Shown one piece after another: positions 1-9,777 of a DNA stretch of 64,000 bases. The notes below the pieces were generated by a model that made no database searches, was not told the origin of the DNA, and saw only the letters and a list, made by a program, of their open reading frames with translations. The position numbers and the translations under genes are program-made. This DNA is from an uncultured Acidobacteriota bacterium. Its GTDB lineage: Bacteria > Acidobacteriota > UBA6911. The stretch is taken from contig CAWHCF010000022.1 in NCBI GenBank assembly GCA_963827655.1, positions 160,001-224,000 of the forward strand, given 5' to 3'. The first letter of the stretch is position 1. Each line of letters opens with the position of its first letter.

Positions 1-569
1 AAACTTTCGGTTGTGACAATATCGCTCGAAGGCATGTCGTTTTCGAGAATGCCGTTGACGACTTTCCACCCGTTGGGGAGTTTCGGATCCTTCAGTTTCC
101 AGCCTGTCATATCCCGGCCGTTGAAGATTGGCCGGGACGGTCCCCACTTGGGATTTTGATTAGCGGGAAGCGGCGGCGCCGGAACACCGCTCCAGGGCTG
201 ATCGGCGCCTTCTTCGACGATCGCCTTTCCCTTGAGTTCACGTCCGGACGCGGAAAGACTCCCCTCAAAAACCAGATCTCCCTTCATCTTCTCGTATTGA
301 GGCGGGAGCGAGAATTTCAGACGTCCACCGTCGAATTCCATCTGCTTGATGGGGCGGGCGCTCCCGACTCGTCCGACAAAGCGGCCCGAGTACTTGTTCC
401 CGTTCCGCGTTACTTCCAACCAGGACGGGTAGGCGGCGCCAGCGGGACCAACCGTCAGATCCCACCGGCCAACGGCGTCGTTTGCCGCGCCGCTCCAACT
501 CCGAGAAAGGCTGGAAGTAAGAACGAGGCTCATCGCCAACGAGAGCCAGGTAAGAATTTTGCGTCCCAT
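1..569 (-). CDS. DUF1080 (3-keto-disaccharide hydrolase-like) secreted protein, runs off window edge
   Basis: Not in the ORF track. Manual translation from ATG 569 (RBS GGAGG): MGRKILTWLSLAMSLVL...GRWDLTV...YPSWLEV...PKWGPSRPIFNGRDMTGWK...NGWKVVNGILEN...SSDIVTTES; FNGRDMTGW is typical of DUF1080. Confidence 0.8.
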   Translation of the reverse strand, partial: MGRKILTWLSLAMSLVLTSSLSRSWSGAANDAVGRWDLTVGPAGAAYPSWLEVTRNGNKYSGRFVGRVGSARPIKQMEFDGGRLKFSLPPQYEKMKGDLVFEGSLSASGRELKGKAIVEEGADQPWSGVPAPPLPANQNPKWGPSRPIFNGRDMTGWKLKDPKLPNGWKVVNGILENDMPSSDIVTTES

Positions 570-624
570 AGACTCCTCCAAGAAACAGCGAAAGACAGTG
601 GACCATGATCCCAAAGCATGGCGC

Positions 625-668
625 AAGATTGCAATTGTCGATAGTCAATCGTCAATTGTCAATCGATT
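625..668. repeat. Degenerate heptamer (GTCAATC/GATTGAC) tandem repeat
   Basis: gcaattgtcgatagtcaatcgtcaattgtcaatcgatt; same unit as 2889-3012 and 17187-17226. Confidence 0.65.
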
Positions 669-735
669 GGCCCATCACGGTTCGTTGCGTTTCTTCGAGG
701 CTTCGTGTCTTGGAGGTTGGCTTTTGTTGTGGGTG

Positions 736-1812
736 TCAGGGAGCATAGCCGGAGCGAATGGCACGGGCCCGGTCTCGCATTCTTTCGGCTTCGGGGTAAT
801 TTCCAAGGTCCGTGAAAACCGTCATCAGATTCTCGAGGCTTATGGCGACGCTGGGATGCCGCGAGCCAAAAGATTTTTCCTGAATCGCGAGCGCTCGCCG
901 GTACAGCTGCTCGGCATCGTCATATTTTCCCTGGAAGCGGCATACTTCCGCCAGGCTGCTAAGGCTTTCGATCAGATTCTGGCTTTCGGCGCCCAGGGCC
1001 TTCTCGAGCAAGGCAATGGAGGCCCGAAACAGGGGCTCCGCCTCGGAGTATTTCCCCTGGTCCCGGTAAAGCGTCGCCGTATTTCGGAGAACGGTCGCCA
1101 TCGTCGGATGTTCGGTCAGCTGCGCTTTCTCGAGAACGGCCTGGGCCTGGCGATACAGCGGAAGCGCCTTCGCGAAGTTCTTCTGGTCCGCGTATGAAGC
1201 TGCGAAATTATTGAGGCAGGTCGCCATCAGTAGAGGGTAGGGTTGGTTCGAGCTCTCAAGGGCCCTGAGAGCTCGCTGAAAGAGTTCCCGGGCTTCTTTA
1301 AACTTGCTCTGGTGCCGGAAAAGTTCTCCAAGGTTCAAATAGACCGGGGCGAGCCTTGGATCCTCGGAACCATAATTTCTTTCCCATATTTTGAGGGCGC
1401 GGCGATACAAGGGCTCTGCAAGCTCGTACTTACCTTCTGTCCGGTAGATGTCCGCCAGGTTGTTCAATCCCGTCGCAATCACCGGCTCCATGGGACCCAG
1501 CAGTTCCTCGCGGATCGATACAGAACGTTTTAGAAATTCAACCGCTTCGTCCAGTTTTCCAGTAATGCTGTGAAGCACGCCCAGATTGTTGAGAGAAGCA
1601 GCCAACTGCTCGTCACGCGCCCCAGAACGCTCCGCTTCGCCCAGGGCAGCCCTGAAATTCCGTTCCGCCTCGATGTAATTGCCTTGGCCATAAGCCTTCA
1701 TCCCGGCCTGGTTGAGCCTGGTCCACTCGCTTCCCTGCGCTCGGGCATGCAGCGAACCGATCAGAATCGATAGTATTGCGGTGAGGAAAAAACGGGATCC
1801 GGAAACCGGCAT
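736..1812 (-). CDS. Secreted tetratricopeptide repeat protein (kinesin-light-chain-like 42-aa TPRs)
   Basis: Signal peptide, then repeated A..LNNLA..Y..QGKY.EAEPLY.RAL.I.E units. Confidence 0.9.
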   Translation of the reverse strand: MPVSGSRFFLTAILSILIGSLHARAQGSEWTRLNQAGMKAYGQGNYIEAERNFRAALGEAERSGARDEQLAASLNNLGVLHSITGKLDEAVEFLKRSVSIREELLGPMEPVIATGLNNLADIYRTEGKYELAEPLYRRALKIWERNYGSEDPRLAPVYLNLGELFRHQSKFKEARELFQRALRALESSNQPYPLLMATCLNNFAASYADQKNFAKALPLYRQAQAVLEKAQLTEHPTMATVLRNTATLYRDQGKYSEAEPLFRASIALLEKALGAESQNLIESLSSLAEVCRFQGKYDDAEQLYRRALAIQEKSFGSRHPSVAISLENLMTVFTDLGNYPEAERMRDRARAIRSGYAP

Positions 1813-1935
1813 CTTGTATTCCTTTCCCCCATTCGGAATACCTCCCCTCCCGCTTATGACAAGGTTGACAGCGTTTCTTCGAGTCCTCGTATCTTAGTGG
1901 TTGGTCTTTGCTCCAAAAAGCAGCATCAGGCAGTT

Positions 1936-2643
1936 TCAGTTGCTCTGGGCCATGGCCAGGCTCTCCTCGACGATGCGGCCATCAAAAAGGTGCACGGTCT
2001 TTTGCGCGTGCCGGGAAAAGCGAGGATCATGCGTCACCATGCAGATCGTGGCGCCCTCCTGGTGAAGATTGGCGAGCAAATCCATAACCGCCTCGCCGTT
2101 CTTGGAATCCAGGTTCCCGGTAGGTTCATCGGCCAGGAGAATGAGTGGCTGGCCCACCAGAGCGCGCGCCACAGCTACTCGCTGCTGCTGGCCTCCCGAG
2201 AGCTGGCTGGGCAGGTGCTTGGCCCGGTGCGCCATCCCTACTTTTTCCAGGGCCTCCGTTACCCGCCCCTTGCGGTCCGCCGATCTCATTCCCCGATATG
2301 TAAGTGGAAGCTCAACGTTCTCAAAAACCGTCAGGTCTCCGATCAGATTAAAACTCTGGAAGATAAACCCGATCTCACGATTGCGAATTCGAGCCCGTTC
2401 CGAAAGCTTCAGATTCTCCACCGCCTTGCCGCTCAGCCAGTACCCACCTTCCGAAGGCGAGTCGAGCAGCCCAAGAATCGAAAGCAGCGTGGACTTGCCG
2501 CAGCCCGACGGGCCTGCAATGGATACGAAATCACCACTGCCTATCTCCAGGTGAATACCTGAAAGGGCATGTGTCTCTACTTCGTCGGTTAAGAAGACCT
2601 TGGTGACGCCATCGAGGCGTATCAGTGGCTGCTCAGATCCCAT
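1936..2643 (-). CDS. ABC transporter ATP-binding protein (LolD/MacB-like)
   Basis: Walker [38 protein letters not shown]; RBS GAGGAGG. Confidence 0.95.
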   Translation of the reverse strand: MGSEQPLIRLDGVTKVFLTDEVETHALSGIHLEIGSGDFVSIAGPSGCGKSTLLSILGLLDSPSEGGYWLSGKAVENLKLSERARIRNREIGFIFQSFNLIGDLTVFENVELPLTYRGMRSADRKGRVTEALEKVGMAHRAKHLPSQLSGGQQQRVAVARALVGQPLILLADEPTGNLDSKNGEAVMDLLANLHQEGATICMVTHDPRFSRHAQKTVHLFDGRIVEESLAMAQSN

Positions 2644-2760
2644 CACTACTTTCCTCCTCTGTAAAATCTGGCGGCAGCAGGTTACCTCTACCCGCTGTGC
2701 GTCGCTTTGTTACCCCCGGGCACTCAATCTCAATAAACAACTCAAATCGAAGTTGCCTAT

Positions 2761-2789
2761 TAGACGCAGGAAAGGGCAAAAGAGTTTGC
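2761..2789 (-). promoter_or_regulatory. Putative ECF sigma promoter for the ABC ATPase
   Basis: Minus strand GCAAAC-N17-CGTCTA(ATAGG), matching the AAC/CGT pattern of ECF promoters. Confidence 0.5.
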
Positions 2790-2888
2790 TTGAAATCGGC
2801 GGAAATACCGGAGAGCTTTGCGCCGGTCACCGCGCCACTGGTCCAACAATGAGCTGAAACGTAAAACCTGGTGCCATGGTTCAGATAA

Positions 2889-3012
2889 ATTTACGATTGA
2901 CGATTGACGATTGACGATTTAAAAAACCGGAGGCCCTGCATAATCGACAATCGTCAATTCCGCAGGGCCTCTGTTTTTTTAAATCGTCAATCGTAAATCG
3001 TCAATCGTAAAT
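2889..3012. repeat. Long hairpin (~51-bp arms) made of GATTGAC heptamers; possible terminator or mRNA stabiliser
   Basis: Left arm atttacgattgacgattgacgattgacgatttaaaaaaccggaggccctgc is a near-perfect reverse complement of 2962-3012; begins about 10 nt after the stop codon at 3022. Confidence 0.85.
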
Positions 3013-3021
3013 CCCTGTGGG

Positions 3022-3849
3022 TTACTTGCCTGCCTTCCTTATATAGATACTTCCGTTGAAATTCGTGAAGTGGATCTCCGGGCCGCCCCCGTTGATCGTG
3101 CCATACACAGCCTTGTCGACGCGGACCCTGTATTTCCCGCCTTGGCCGCGCGAGTCCTCGACGACAGGTTGCCGCGTCGCAGGGTCGAGCTGGATGTCAA
3201 AATCGCTGAAGATTTCGCCGTTGTCGGTCTTCACTACTACCTTGGCCTTGATGTTCTCGGGAAACGTGACATCCACCTTCCCGTTCATGGAACTGAAGGA
3301 CATGGTTTTGCCCTGCATCACCTGGTTGAAAAGAACGACCACACCACCGTTGAGCGCGTGAGCTACGGCTGAACCAGAGATTCCGGTGAGCGTCACTGAA
3401 CCATTCACATTGTTCGCCTCGATATCGCCCTGAACTCGCTCTACCTTGATATCACCGCTATTCACACAGCCGAGCTTCAGGGACGTCCGAGTCGGAACTT
3501 GAATCAGCAGATCAACTGGGCGGCTGTGAGAAGAGGCGCTTACATCGATGACGTTGTTTTCCTCGACCACCGTCAGCCCGGTCGTCGCGATCTGAAGGCG
3601 CTTCATTCCTTCGGTTCGCTCTGCTGACTTCTCTGATCGTCTCGACCGGCCGGCGCGCGAGCGCGCCTCCACAATGACTTCCTTCCCATCGTAGGCCGTC
3701 ACCGTGATTCCACCGTGAATCAGATTGGCCTTGACCTGTCCGGGCCGGGAAGGATCGGAGAACGGAACCGTCACCTTGTCGGAGGCCTCCTGGCCGCACA
3801 AGGATCCGGACATAAGAAGCAGGATCAGGGAGCAATAAAGACGTTGCAT
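3022..3849 (-). CDS. DUF4097 beta-strand-repeat (adhesin-like) exported protein
   Basis: Signal peptide MQRLYCSLILLL; repeated NG-x-I/V units; ends INGGGPEIHFTNFNGSIYIRK. Confidence 0.85.
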   Translation of the reverse strand: MQRLYCSLILLLMSGSLCGQEASDKVTVPFSDPSRPGQVKANLIHGGITVTAYDGKEVIVEARSRAGRSRRSEKSAERTEGMKRLQIATTGLTVVEENNVIDVSASSHSRPVDLLIQVPTRTSLKLGCVNSGDIKVERVQGDIEANNVNGSVTLTGISGSAVAHALNGGVVVLFNQVMQGKTMSFSSMNGKVDVTFPENIKAKVVVKTDNGEIFSDFDIQLDPATRQPVVEDSRGQGGKYRVRVDKAVYGTINGGGPEIHFTNFNGSIYIRKAGK

Positions 3850-3853
3850 TAGC

Positions 3854-4714
3854 CTATTCCTTCCTTTCAAGTACACGAATATTGCCGTTGAAAGCGTCCA
3901 GTTTGATCTCCGCTCCTCCCTTTCCCACGCGGACTCCGGAGAATCTGTCGCTTCGATAAATGAACTTGCCGTCGCGGCGCTCCCGTGATCCTTCACCGGG
4001 GGGGAGATAGCTGACAGGAAAATCGCTATACACATTGCCGTTGAAAGTCTTGAAGCGCAAATCAGCCGAAAGATTCGGGCGGAAGTAAAGATCGACGTCG
4101 CCGTTGAGTGAGCCGAAGTAAGAATCGGCAGCAGGGTTTTTACTGAAGACCACTTTCACCTTGCCGTTGACCGCATAGGCTCGACCCGAGCCGGCCACAT
4201 CCGACATCTCGATGCCCCCATTGATATTCTTGATATCAAAGGCGCCGGAAAGATTGCTGATCTTGATCTCGCCGTGGTTCACGGTTCGTAGATGGAGATC
4301 CGTGCCGGTCGGCACTTTGAGTTGAAAATCGAAGCTGACGAGGTATCCATAGTGTCGCCAACCTGGGTAGTTAACACCGCCGTCGCGGCACCTCCACGGG
4401 GTGTCGACATAGGCGACGATCTGGTTTTCTTTTTGTGACAGGTCGAGGCGGACGTCCTGCCGCGCCTTTTCGAGTTTTTCCTTCGACTCTGCCCGGATCG
4501 TCTTGTTGACGACCAGTTGAACCTCGCGTCCGTTGTATCCGGTCACTTCCACTGAACCGTCGATGTTGTCCACCTTTACTTGCTTGATCCCAGGGGCATC
4601 CGTCAGAATAAAGTTCTTTTGGATCGTCTCTTTCTCTTCCACTTGAAGCTCGCCCGCGCCGAGCGAGACCGTCACAGACCATGCGGCAAACGTGATCGAC
4701 CATAGTTTTGTCAT
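3854..4714 (-). CDS. DUF4097 family exported protein (paralog)
   Basis: Signal peptide MTKLWSITF; NINGGIEM, SLNGDVDL, TFNGNVYSDF, DAFNGNIRV. Confidence 0.85.
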   Translation of the reverse strand: MTKLWSITFAAWSVTVSLGAGELQVEEKETIQKNFILTDAPGIKQVKVDNIDGSVEVTGYNGREVQLVVNKTIRAESKEKLEKARQDVRLDLSQKENQIVAYVDTPWRCRDGGVNYPGWRHYGYLVSFDFQLKVPTGTDLHLRTVNHGEIKISNLSGAFDIKNINGGIEMSDVAGSGRAYAVNGKVKVVFSKNPAADSYFGSLNGDVDLYFRPNLSADLRFKTFNGNVYSDFPVSYLPPGEGSRERRDGKFIYRSDRFSGVRVGKGGAEIKLDAFNGNIRVLERKE

Positions 4715-4796
4715 AGAGTTCTCTTTACAATTGGGCTTGGTCCCGATTGATCCTGCTGGTATCGGTTGATGCCATCCGGTAATCCGCAATCGGGAG

Positions 4797-5606
4797 TTAG
4801 CTTAGTTCGCGCAATCCCCGTTCAGCCCGCTGCCTGACTACCTGGTGCATGGTTTCGTCTTCCGCCAGTTGGCGCAGAGCTGTCGCCGATTGCCGTTCGC
4901 GTATTTGCACCATGAGATCGATGAGCGCGATCTGGACCAGCGGTGAATTCTGGCGCGTCAGCGCCCGGATCAGGCCCTGCCTCACATCAGCCCGGTCCGA
5001 GAAGTTCGACAATGCATCGACAGACGCGAGCCTGACGTTGGTGTTCGGATCGTAATTCAACGCATCCAGCAAAGCCGATATCACCTTTTCATCCGGAGAG
5101 GTCATGCGAGAACTCCAGCTCACGCCCTGAAGTCGCTCGCTGGCGGATTGCTGCTGGAGCAGCGAGAGGGCAACCAGTTGCCTCATGTGATGTAACTCAG
5201 TGCGCAGTTCCGCGAGCTCAACATTGCCTCGCCCCTTGACACTCAGCAGGTAACCCGAGGTCAATCCGACTATCAAGAAAACCAGGGCCAGCCCGGACTG
5301 GAACGCAAGACGGCCTGGCGAGAACCCTTGAGCCCACGAGCTCGCCCTCGCCCGCCAGCGACGGGAAGGCTGGAGCAGTCCCTCTTTGTATCCCTCCAGC
5401 ATTCCATGGAAGCGCGCCCGCATGCCTTCGGGCGCCTTCTCTTCCGGCCAGGCTGAAAGTTTCCTCCAAACAAAATCGAGGCTCTCAACCTCTTCACGGC
5501 ACCCGGCACACTCCTCAAGGTGCGACCGCACTTCAGCCTTCGTGGTTTCGTCCGTGTCGCCAAGCAAATAATCCGGGAGCAGTTCATCCATGCGGTTACA
5601 TTTCAT
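4797..5606 (-). CDS. Anti-sigma factor (zf-HC2, one TM helix, C-terminal HEAT repeats)
   Basis: MKC...HLEECAGC zinc motif, one TM segment, DPNTNVRLASVDAL HEAT-like; directly downstream of the ECF sigma. Confidence 0.85.
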   Translation of the reverse strand: MKCNRMDELLPDYLLGDTDETTKAEVRSHLEECAGCREEVESLDFVWRKLSAWPEEKAPEGMRARFHGMLEGYKEGLLQPSRRWRARASSWAQGFSPGRLAFQSGLALVFLIVGLTSGYLLSVKGRGNVELAELRTELHHMRQLVALSLLQQQSASERLQGVSWSSRMTSPDEKVISALLDALNYDPNTNVRLASVDALSNFSDRADVRQGLIRALTRQNSPLVQIALIDLMVQIRERQSATALRQLAEDETMHQVVRQRAERGLRELS

Positions 5607-5684
5607 GGCGTAACACCTCACTTCCGCAGCATTGAAACAATCGCGCAGACACGAATTTGCGCCTGCTTCGGGGAGCGGCACAGC

Positions 5685-6239
5685 TCACGACGCCTTCTCT
5701 CCCTGAATTTGAAAAAACGCATTTCTCAAATCCTTGATCGCTCGATACACTCGAACCTTGACCGCGCCGATTTCGCACCCAAGGATTTCAGCGATCTGTT
5801 CGTACTTCAGTCGCTGGAACCGGCTCAGGATCAGCACCTCTCGCTTTTCGGGAGACAGTTTGGCTAGCGCGCCGCGCAGCAGAGCCAGCTCCTGCGATTT
5901 TTCGATTCTTTCTCCGGGGGCTGGGTCAGAACTCATCGGTTCCTCCTGTTCGTCCAATGTGACTTCCCGCTGCTTCTTTCGCAGCTGATCAAATCGAACA
6001 TGACGGGCGATCTGGTACATCCAGGAAGTGAACTGGCTGTTGTCCCGGTAAGCGTGCCGGTACTTGAGCATGCGGAAGAAAACCTCCTGGACCAGGTCTT
6101 CGCTGAACTGCTGGTTTCCGCTCAGGCGAACAAAGAAGTTGTACAGACTCTCGTGATACCGCTCGAACAGGTGCCCTAGATTTGCGATCTCGCCATCACG
6201 AACTTTCAGCATTAATTGGTGATCTGTCGGCGAAGTCAC
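5685..6239 (-). CDS. ECF RNA polymerase sigma factor
   Basis: EDLVQEVFFR region 2, FTSWMYQIAR, region 4 YEQIAEILGCEIGAVKVRVYRA. Confidence 0.95.
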   Translation of the reverse strand: MTSPTDHQLMLKVRDGEIANLGHLFERYHESLYNFFVRLSGNQQFSEDLVQEVFFRMLKYRHAYRDNSQFTSWMYQIARHVRFDQLRKKQREVTLDEQEEPMSSDPAPGERIEKSQELALLRGALAKLSPEKREVLILSRFQRLKYEQIAEILGCEIGAVKVRVYRAIKDLRNAFFQIQGEKAS

Positions 6240-6295
6240 GCGCTTTCTGTCCTGTCTCCGTCCATGGTCTACAGCGAGTCCGTCCGTCGGTCAAG

Positions 6296-6322
6296 TAAAC
6301 TGCATCAGCGTCAAAAGGTTAC
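6296..6322 (-). promoter_or_regulatory. Putative autoregulatory ECF promoter
   Basis: Minus strand GTAACCTTTT...AGTTTA, about 55 nt upstream of the sigma gene. Confidence 0.45.
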
Positions 6323-6508
6323 AAGGAAGCGGAACCGAATCCTGGCAAATGGTTAACTCAGTATTACGTATTTATCAATAATAGTCATAATTTACAACAA
6401 CATCACTTAAGTATTTAATTGATGGTGGCGGCTAGAGCCGTCTGCCCCGGCTCTTCACCTGCGGCGACACCTGGTTCCTGCGCACGATGACTAATCGCCC
6501 GATGCAAA

Positions 6509-7051
6509 CTACGTGACCGATTTCCTGTCCGGGTGTGCGCCGCGTTCCTTCTCTGAATCGCGAGAAATCACGCTGATCCGGCCGTCCCCTTCCATGTAAG
6601 CCTTTTTCACCTCGGCCACGTCTTCCACACCCTGCTCGCGCAGGTAGCTCATCAATTCCTGCTCGCCGATTAACTCCCGCCTCATATTCCGCCGAAGCAT
6701 GTGGCCATTCTCAATCAGGGGCAATGGCGGAGGATGCAAAAGCCGCTGAAGTCGTGGGAATTGGTAACCAAGCCAGTCCAGGGTGAAGTCCCAGAAGACG
6801 AGCGTCGCGACCAGCGCAATGCCCTCTGTGATGGACTTGTACTCGCCCGCCATCGCGTTCTGTGCGGCGTCCGCAATCAAGACTACGACCAGCAGGTCGG
6901 CAAGGCCAATCACACCCGCCTCCCGCTTCAAGACAAAACGCATCAAAGAGAACAGCGCCAGATACGTGAGCGTCCCGCGCATAATGATCTCAAGTATGGA
7001 AACCGTCGGAACGAATGCGCCTTTCCAATCGATGTTAAATAGAGTCTCCAT
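6509..7051 (-). CDS. DUF421 / YetF family membrane protein
   Basis: Three TM helices, DLLVVVLIADAAQNA, LREQGVEDVAEVKKAYMEGDGRISV. Confidence 0.9.
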   Translation of the reverse strand: METLFNIDWKGAFVPTVSILEIIMRGTLTYLALFSLMRFVLKREAGVIGLADLLVVVLIADAAQNAMAGEYKSITEGIALVATLVFWDFTLDWLGYQFPRLQRLLHPPPLPLIENGHMLRRNMRRELIGEQELMSYLREQGVEDVAEVKKAYMEGDGRISVISRDSEKERGAHPDRKSVT

Positions 7052-7304
7052 TCAGGTTTCTCCCCCGCCAAGCAGGCGGCGTGCTGGTTTGAAACCAACC
7101 TCAAGGTTCGAGACCGGGAACAGTACCAATATTAGTGGTGTTTGTTCCGAGCGCTAACCACGAAGACACGAAGGCGCCAAGAAAGGCGAAAAAGAATTCG
7201 GAGATCACCGTGTACGAAAGTCGCGAAATCTCACGACGGCGGGCCGTTCCATACAGTAGAATTCGCGTCAATGAATTCGGACATCCTTGCTCGGGAGCAC
7301 ATGC

Positions 7305-7676
7305 ATGGCAGCTAAACCCACGACCATCGACCAGTATCTCGCGGCCTTGAGCGATGACAAGCGTGCTGCGCTCGAGAAGCTTCGCAAGATCATCAGGGCC
7401 GCGGCGCCGAAGGCTGAAGAGTGCATCAGCTACCAGCTCGCCGCTTTCCGTCAAGATGGAATGCTCGTGGCCTTCGGCGCAACCGCGAACCACTGCGCCT
7501 TCTACCTCATGAGTTCCTCCACGCTGGAGGCTCACAAGGACGAGATCAAGGACTATGACATCAGCAAGGGGACCATCCGCTTTCAGGCAGACAAGCCCCT
7601 GCCGGTTGCCCTGGTGCGGAAGCTGGTAAAGGCACGGCTCGCGGAGAACGCGGCCCGACGCAGAGAATCAAAATAG
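7305..7676 (+). CDS. DUF1801 (YdhG-like) protein
   Basis: TIDQYLAAL...LRKIIRAAAPKAEECISYQ...SKGTIRF..DKPLP..LVRKLVKARLAE. Confidence 0.9.
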   Translation: MAAKPTTIDQYLAALSDDKRAALEKLRKIIRAAAPKAEECISYQLAAFRQDGMLVAFGATANHCAFYLMSSSTLEAHKDEIKDYDISKGTIRFQADKPLPVALVRKLVKARLAENAARRRESK

Positions 7677-7845
7677 CCAGATCCACCGATGGACAAAGAC
7701 CAGGTACTGGTGTGGCTCGAATGACGCGGGACCCGGCGCATCGTCGAGGGGATGGCTCGATACGGCATCTTACACCCAGCTTCGCGCGTTCGGCGTGTCC
7801 ATGCGGCGACAGTGGTCGCACTCGCCAGCCCCGCGGCTGCCGGGT

Positions 7846-9777
7846 TTACTGCGTCGGGCTCGGTGACAGCGGCGGCTTGGGAAACTCGCCAGCTGGCTTC
7901 CTGACCGAGACATCCTCGAAGAGCAACGACGGTACGACAAACGAAACCAATGGTCCCGGGATATCGCCGAAGGCGAATTCGAGCGCCATCATGCTGCCGA
8001 AGGGATTTGGACTCGGCGCGCGGAACGGTGACGTGTATGCGATGCCGTCCTTGCCAGCGGCAAGAATATCCCTGAAGCTGGAGAGACTCAGTTCACCGAT
8101 TTCGGCGTTGCGGATCAGCCTCTCGCGACCGTCCTGAAAGACTTGGTAGGCGAGGATGGCGCCTTCCACGCGCGTACCTTCCTGGCCAGGCATCATTGCT
8201 GCGAACATAGCCCGGTCGCGGCTGATCTGGATGGAGGGATTCCCTACGCGACGAACCAGGATCCCATATTCCTTACCACGCTGTTTGGCCAGATCGATCA
8301 ATCTTTGTTTCAGCTCCGGCGCCGTCAAGCCTCCCTCGGCGGTCACGATGACATTGCTCGGCAGCGCCTGGTTGCCTCGCCGATTGCCCGAGCTGGAAAG
8401 GATCCCACGGACAGGATTCCGCATGGAAAGAAGCGTCTTGAGGATTCCGGCCTGCACGACCTGCGTCTCCCCGGCGCGAACGGCGTCATCATCGACTGGG
8501 TAGCCACCGACGAGCGGGGCACCGCCGTGCTGAGATAGACCAGGTCTGTCGGCCACGCTCAGAAAGGTGGGAAGCACACGCGAGCCGACGCGGTCGATCA
8601 GTGGATTCTCGGCTTGTGACGTCATGCGGGAGGTCATCTGAGGGTTATCGGAGATGGGCATGCGTGCAGCGAGCAGCTTGGGCGCGAACCCCTGGCTAAA
8701 GACCTCGGCGGCAGCTTGTCCCTCGAAGAGGACTGGCCCGGTGTAGTTATCCGGAGTTGTGGCGGAGCGAAGGGCCTGAAGGTTGGCACGTATGTTTCTC
8801 ACCATTCCTTCAAGTTCGGCTTTCTTTGGAAGTTGCTCCAACAAGGGTGCATAGGCCGTGACGAAGTCCTGCAACGGCATCCCGTCGTCGGCCTGGGTGG
8901 CAGCCTGGGCCACCAGGGATACAAGGGGCGTCTGACGCACGAAAGAGGAACCTTCGCTATTGACATACCAGATCGTCGAGGTGCCGCCGCTGATCCGTAC
9001 GGAAGACGTGTAAATATCCGGTGTCTTCACAAAGATGGAAGATAGGTCTCGAACGTGAGCTTCCAAGTCGGCCTGACGAAACTGAACGACCGGAGCAGCG
9101 GCTGGAGAAATCGTTACCGGGTCGGCCTTGGCAAAGTCGGGGATCTCGTCGCTGCGTGTCCGGTTCTGCAAAGCGGCTCGCTTTTTGGAGAGATCGTCGA
9201 GCGCCTTCTTATAGGCGCCGTCCGTCGCAAGCCAGAGCTGGCGGCGCAGCTCGTCGTAGTCGTTCTCCACTGTGACGGACATGACACCGCCGAACATGCG
9301 GGCGACGCCGGAAGGTCCCACCGGAAACGAAAGAAAGTTCGTGTTGTCGAGAGCAGGGCTGCCAACCCGGACTTCCACAATCAGCATTCGGTTGCGCGAC
9401 TCTCCGCTGGCGAGGAGGCTGCCCGCGGTCGCAGAGGCGTGAGTACCCGACCTCTCCTGAATCCGGTAAGCAATAAAATAGGGACCGTCGAGATTCTCCA
9501 GCTTGAGCTTCTTCATCGAGCGATCCAGTTCGTCGCGCATGGCACGAAGAATGATATTGTCCTGCGCAAATAGTGTAGTACCGGCCAATAGCAAGGTAAT
9601 AACCAGACAGGCTGACGAAAGCAGTTTGGCAGCCGGTGAGCTTCGTCGTGAGGCGTCATTCCTGCTGGGCGCTTCGCGCCAACCCCTCGCTAACGAAGAG
9701 AGTGGAAGCTCGAAGGGTTTCCGCCGGCCCTCAACACCTGTCGGTGCGTCCATCAATGCGCGCTTGCAGTCTTTCAT
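7846..9777 (-). CDS. TldE/PmbA-like (non-catalytic) metallopeptidase subunit with signal peptide
   Basis: AMRDELDRSM, EVRVG, YTGPVLFEG, DDDAV, SSGNRRG, PSNVIV, VVPSLLF; no HExxGH; ATGA overlap with the upstream gene. Confidence 0.8.
   Translation of the reverse strand: MKDCKRALMDAPTGVEGRRKPFELPLSSLARGWREAPSRNDASRRSSPAAKLLSSACLVITLLLAGTTLFAQDNIILRAMRDELDRSMKKLKLENLDGPYFIAYRIQERSGTHASATAGSLLASGESRNRMLIVEVRVGSPALDNTNFLSFPVGPSGVARMFGGVMSVTVENDYDELRRQLWLATDGAYKKALDDLSKKRAALQNRTRSDEIPDFAKADPVTISPAAAPVVQFRQADLEAHVRDLSSIFVKTPDIYTSSVRISGGTSTIWYVNSEGSSFVRQTPLVSLVAQAATQADDGMPLQDFVTAYAPLLEQLPKKAELEGMVRNIRANLQALRSATTPDNYTGPVLFEGQAAAEVFSQGFAPKLLAARMPISDNPQMTSRMTSQAENPLIDRVGSRVLPTFLSVADRPGLSQHGGAPLVGGYPVDDDAVRAGETQVVQAGILKTLLSMRNPVRGILSSSGNRRGNQALPSNVIVTAEGGLTAPELKQRLIDLAKQRGKEYGILVRRVGNPSIQISRDRAMFAAMMPGQEGTRVEGAILAYQVFQDGRERLIRNAEIGELSLSSFRDILAAGKDGIAYTSPFRAPSPNPFGSMMALEFAFGDIPGPLVSFVVPSLLFEDVSVRKPAGEFPKPPLSPSPTQ

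Noticed and set aside
2889-3012. Possible CRISPR array
   Set aside because: Units are 7 bp with no unique spacers, and there are no cas genes in the window
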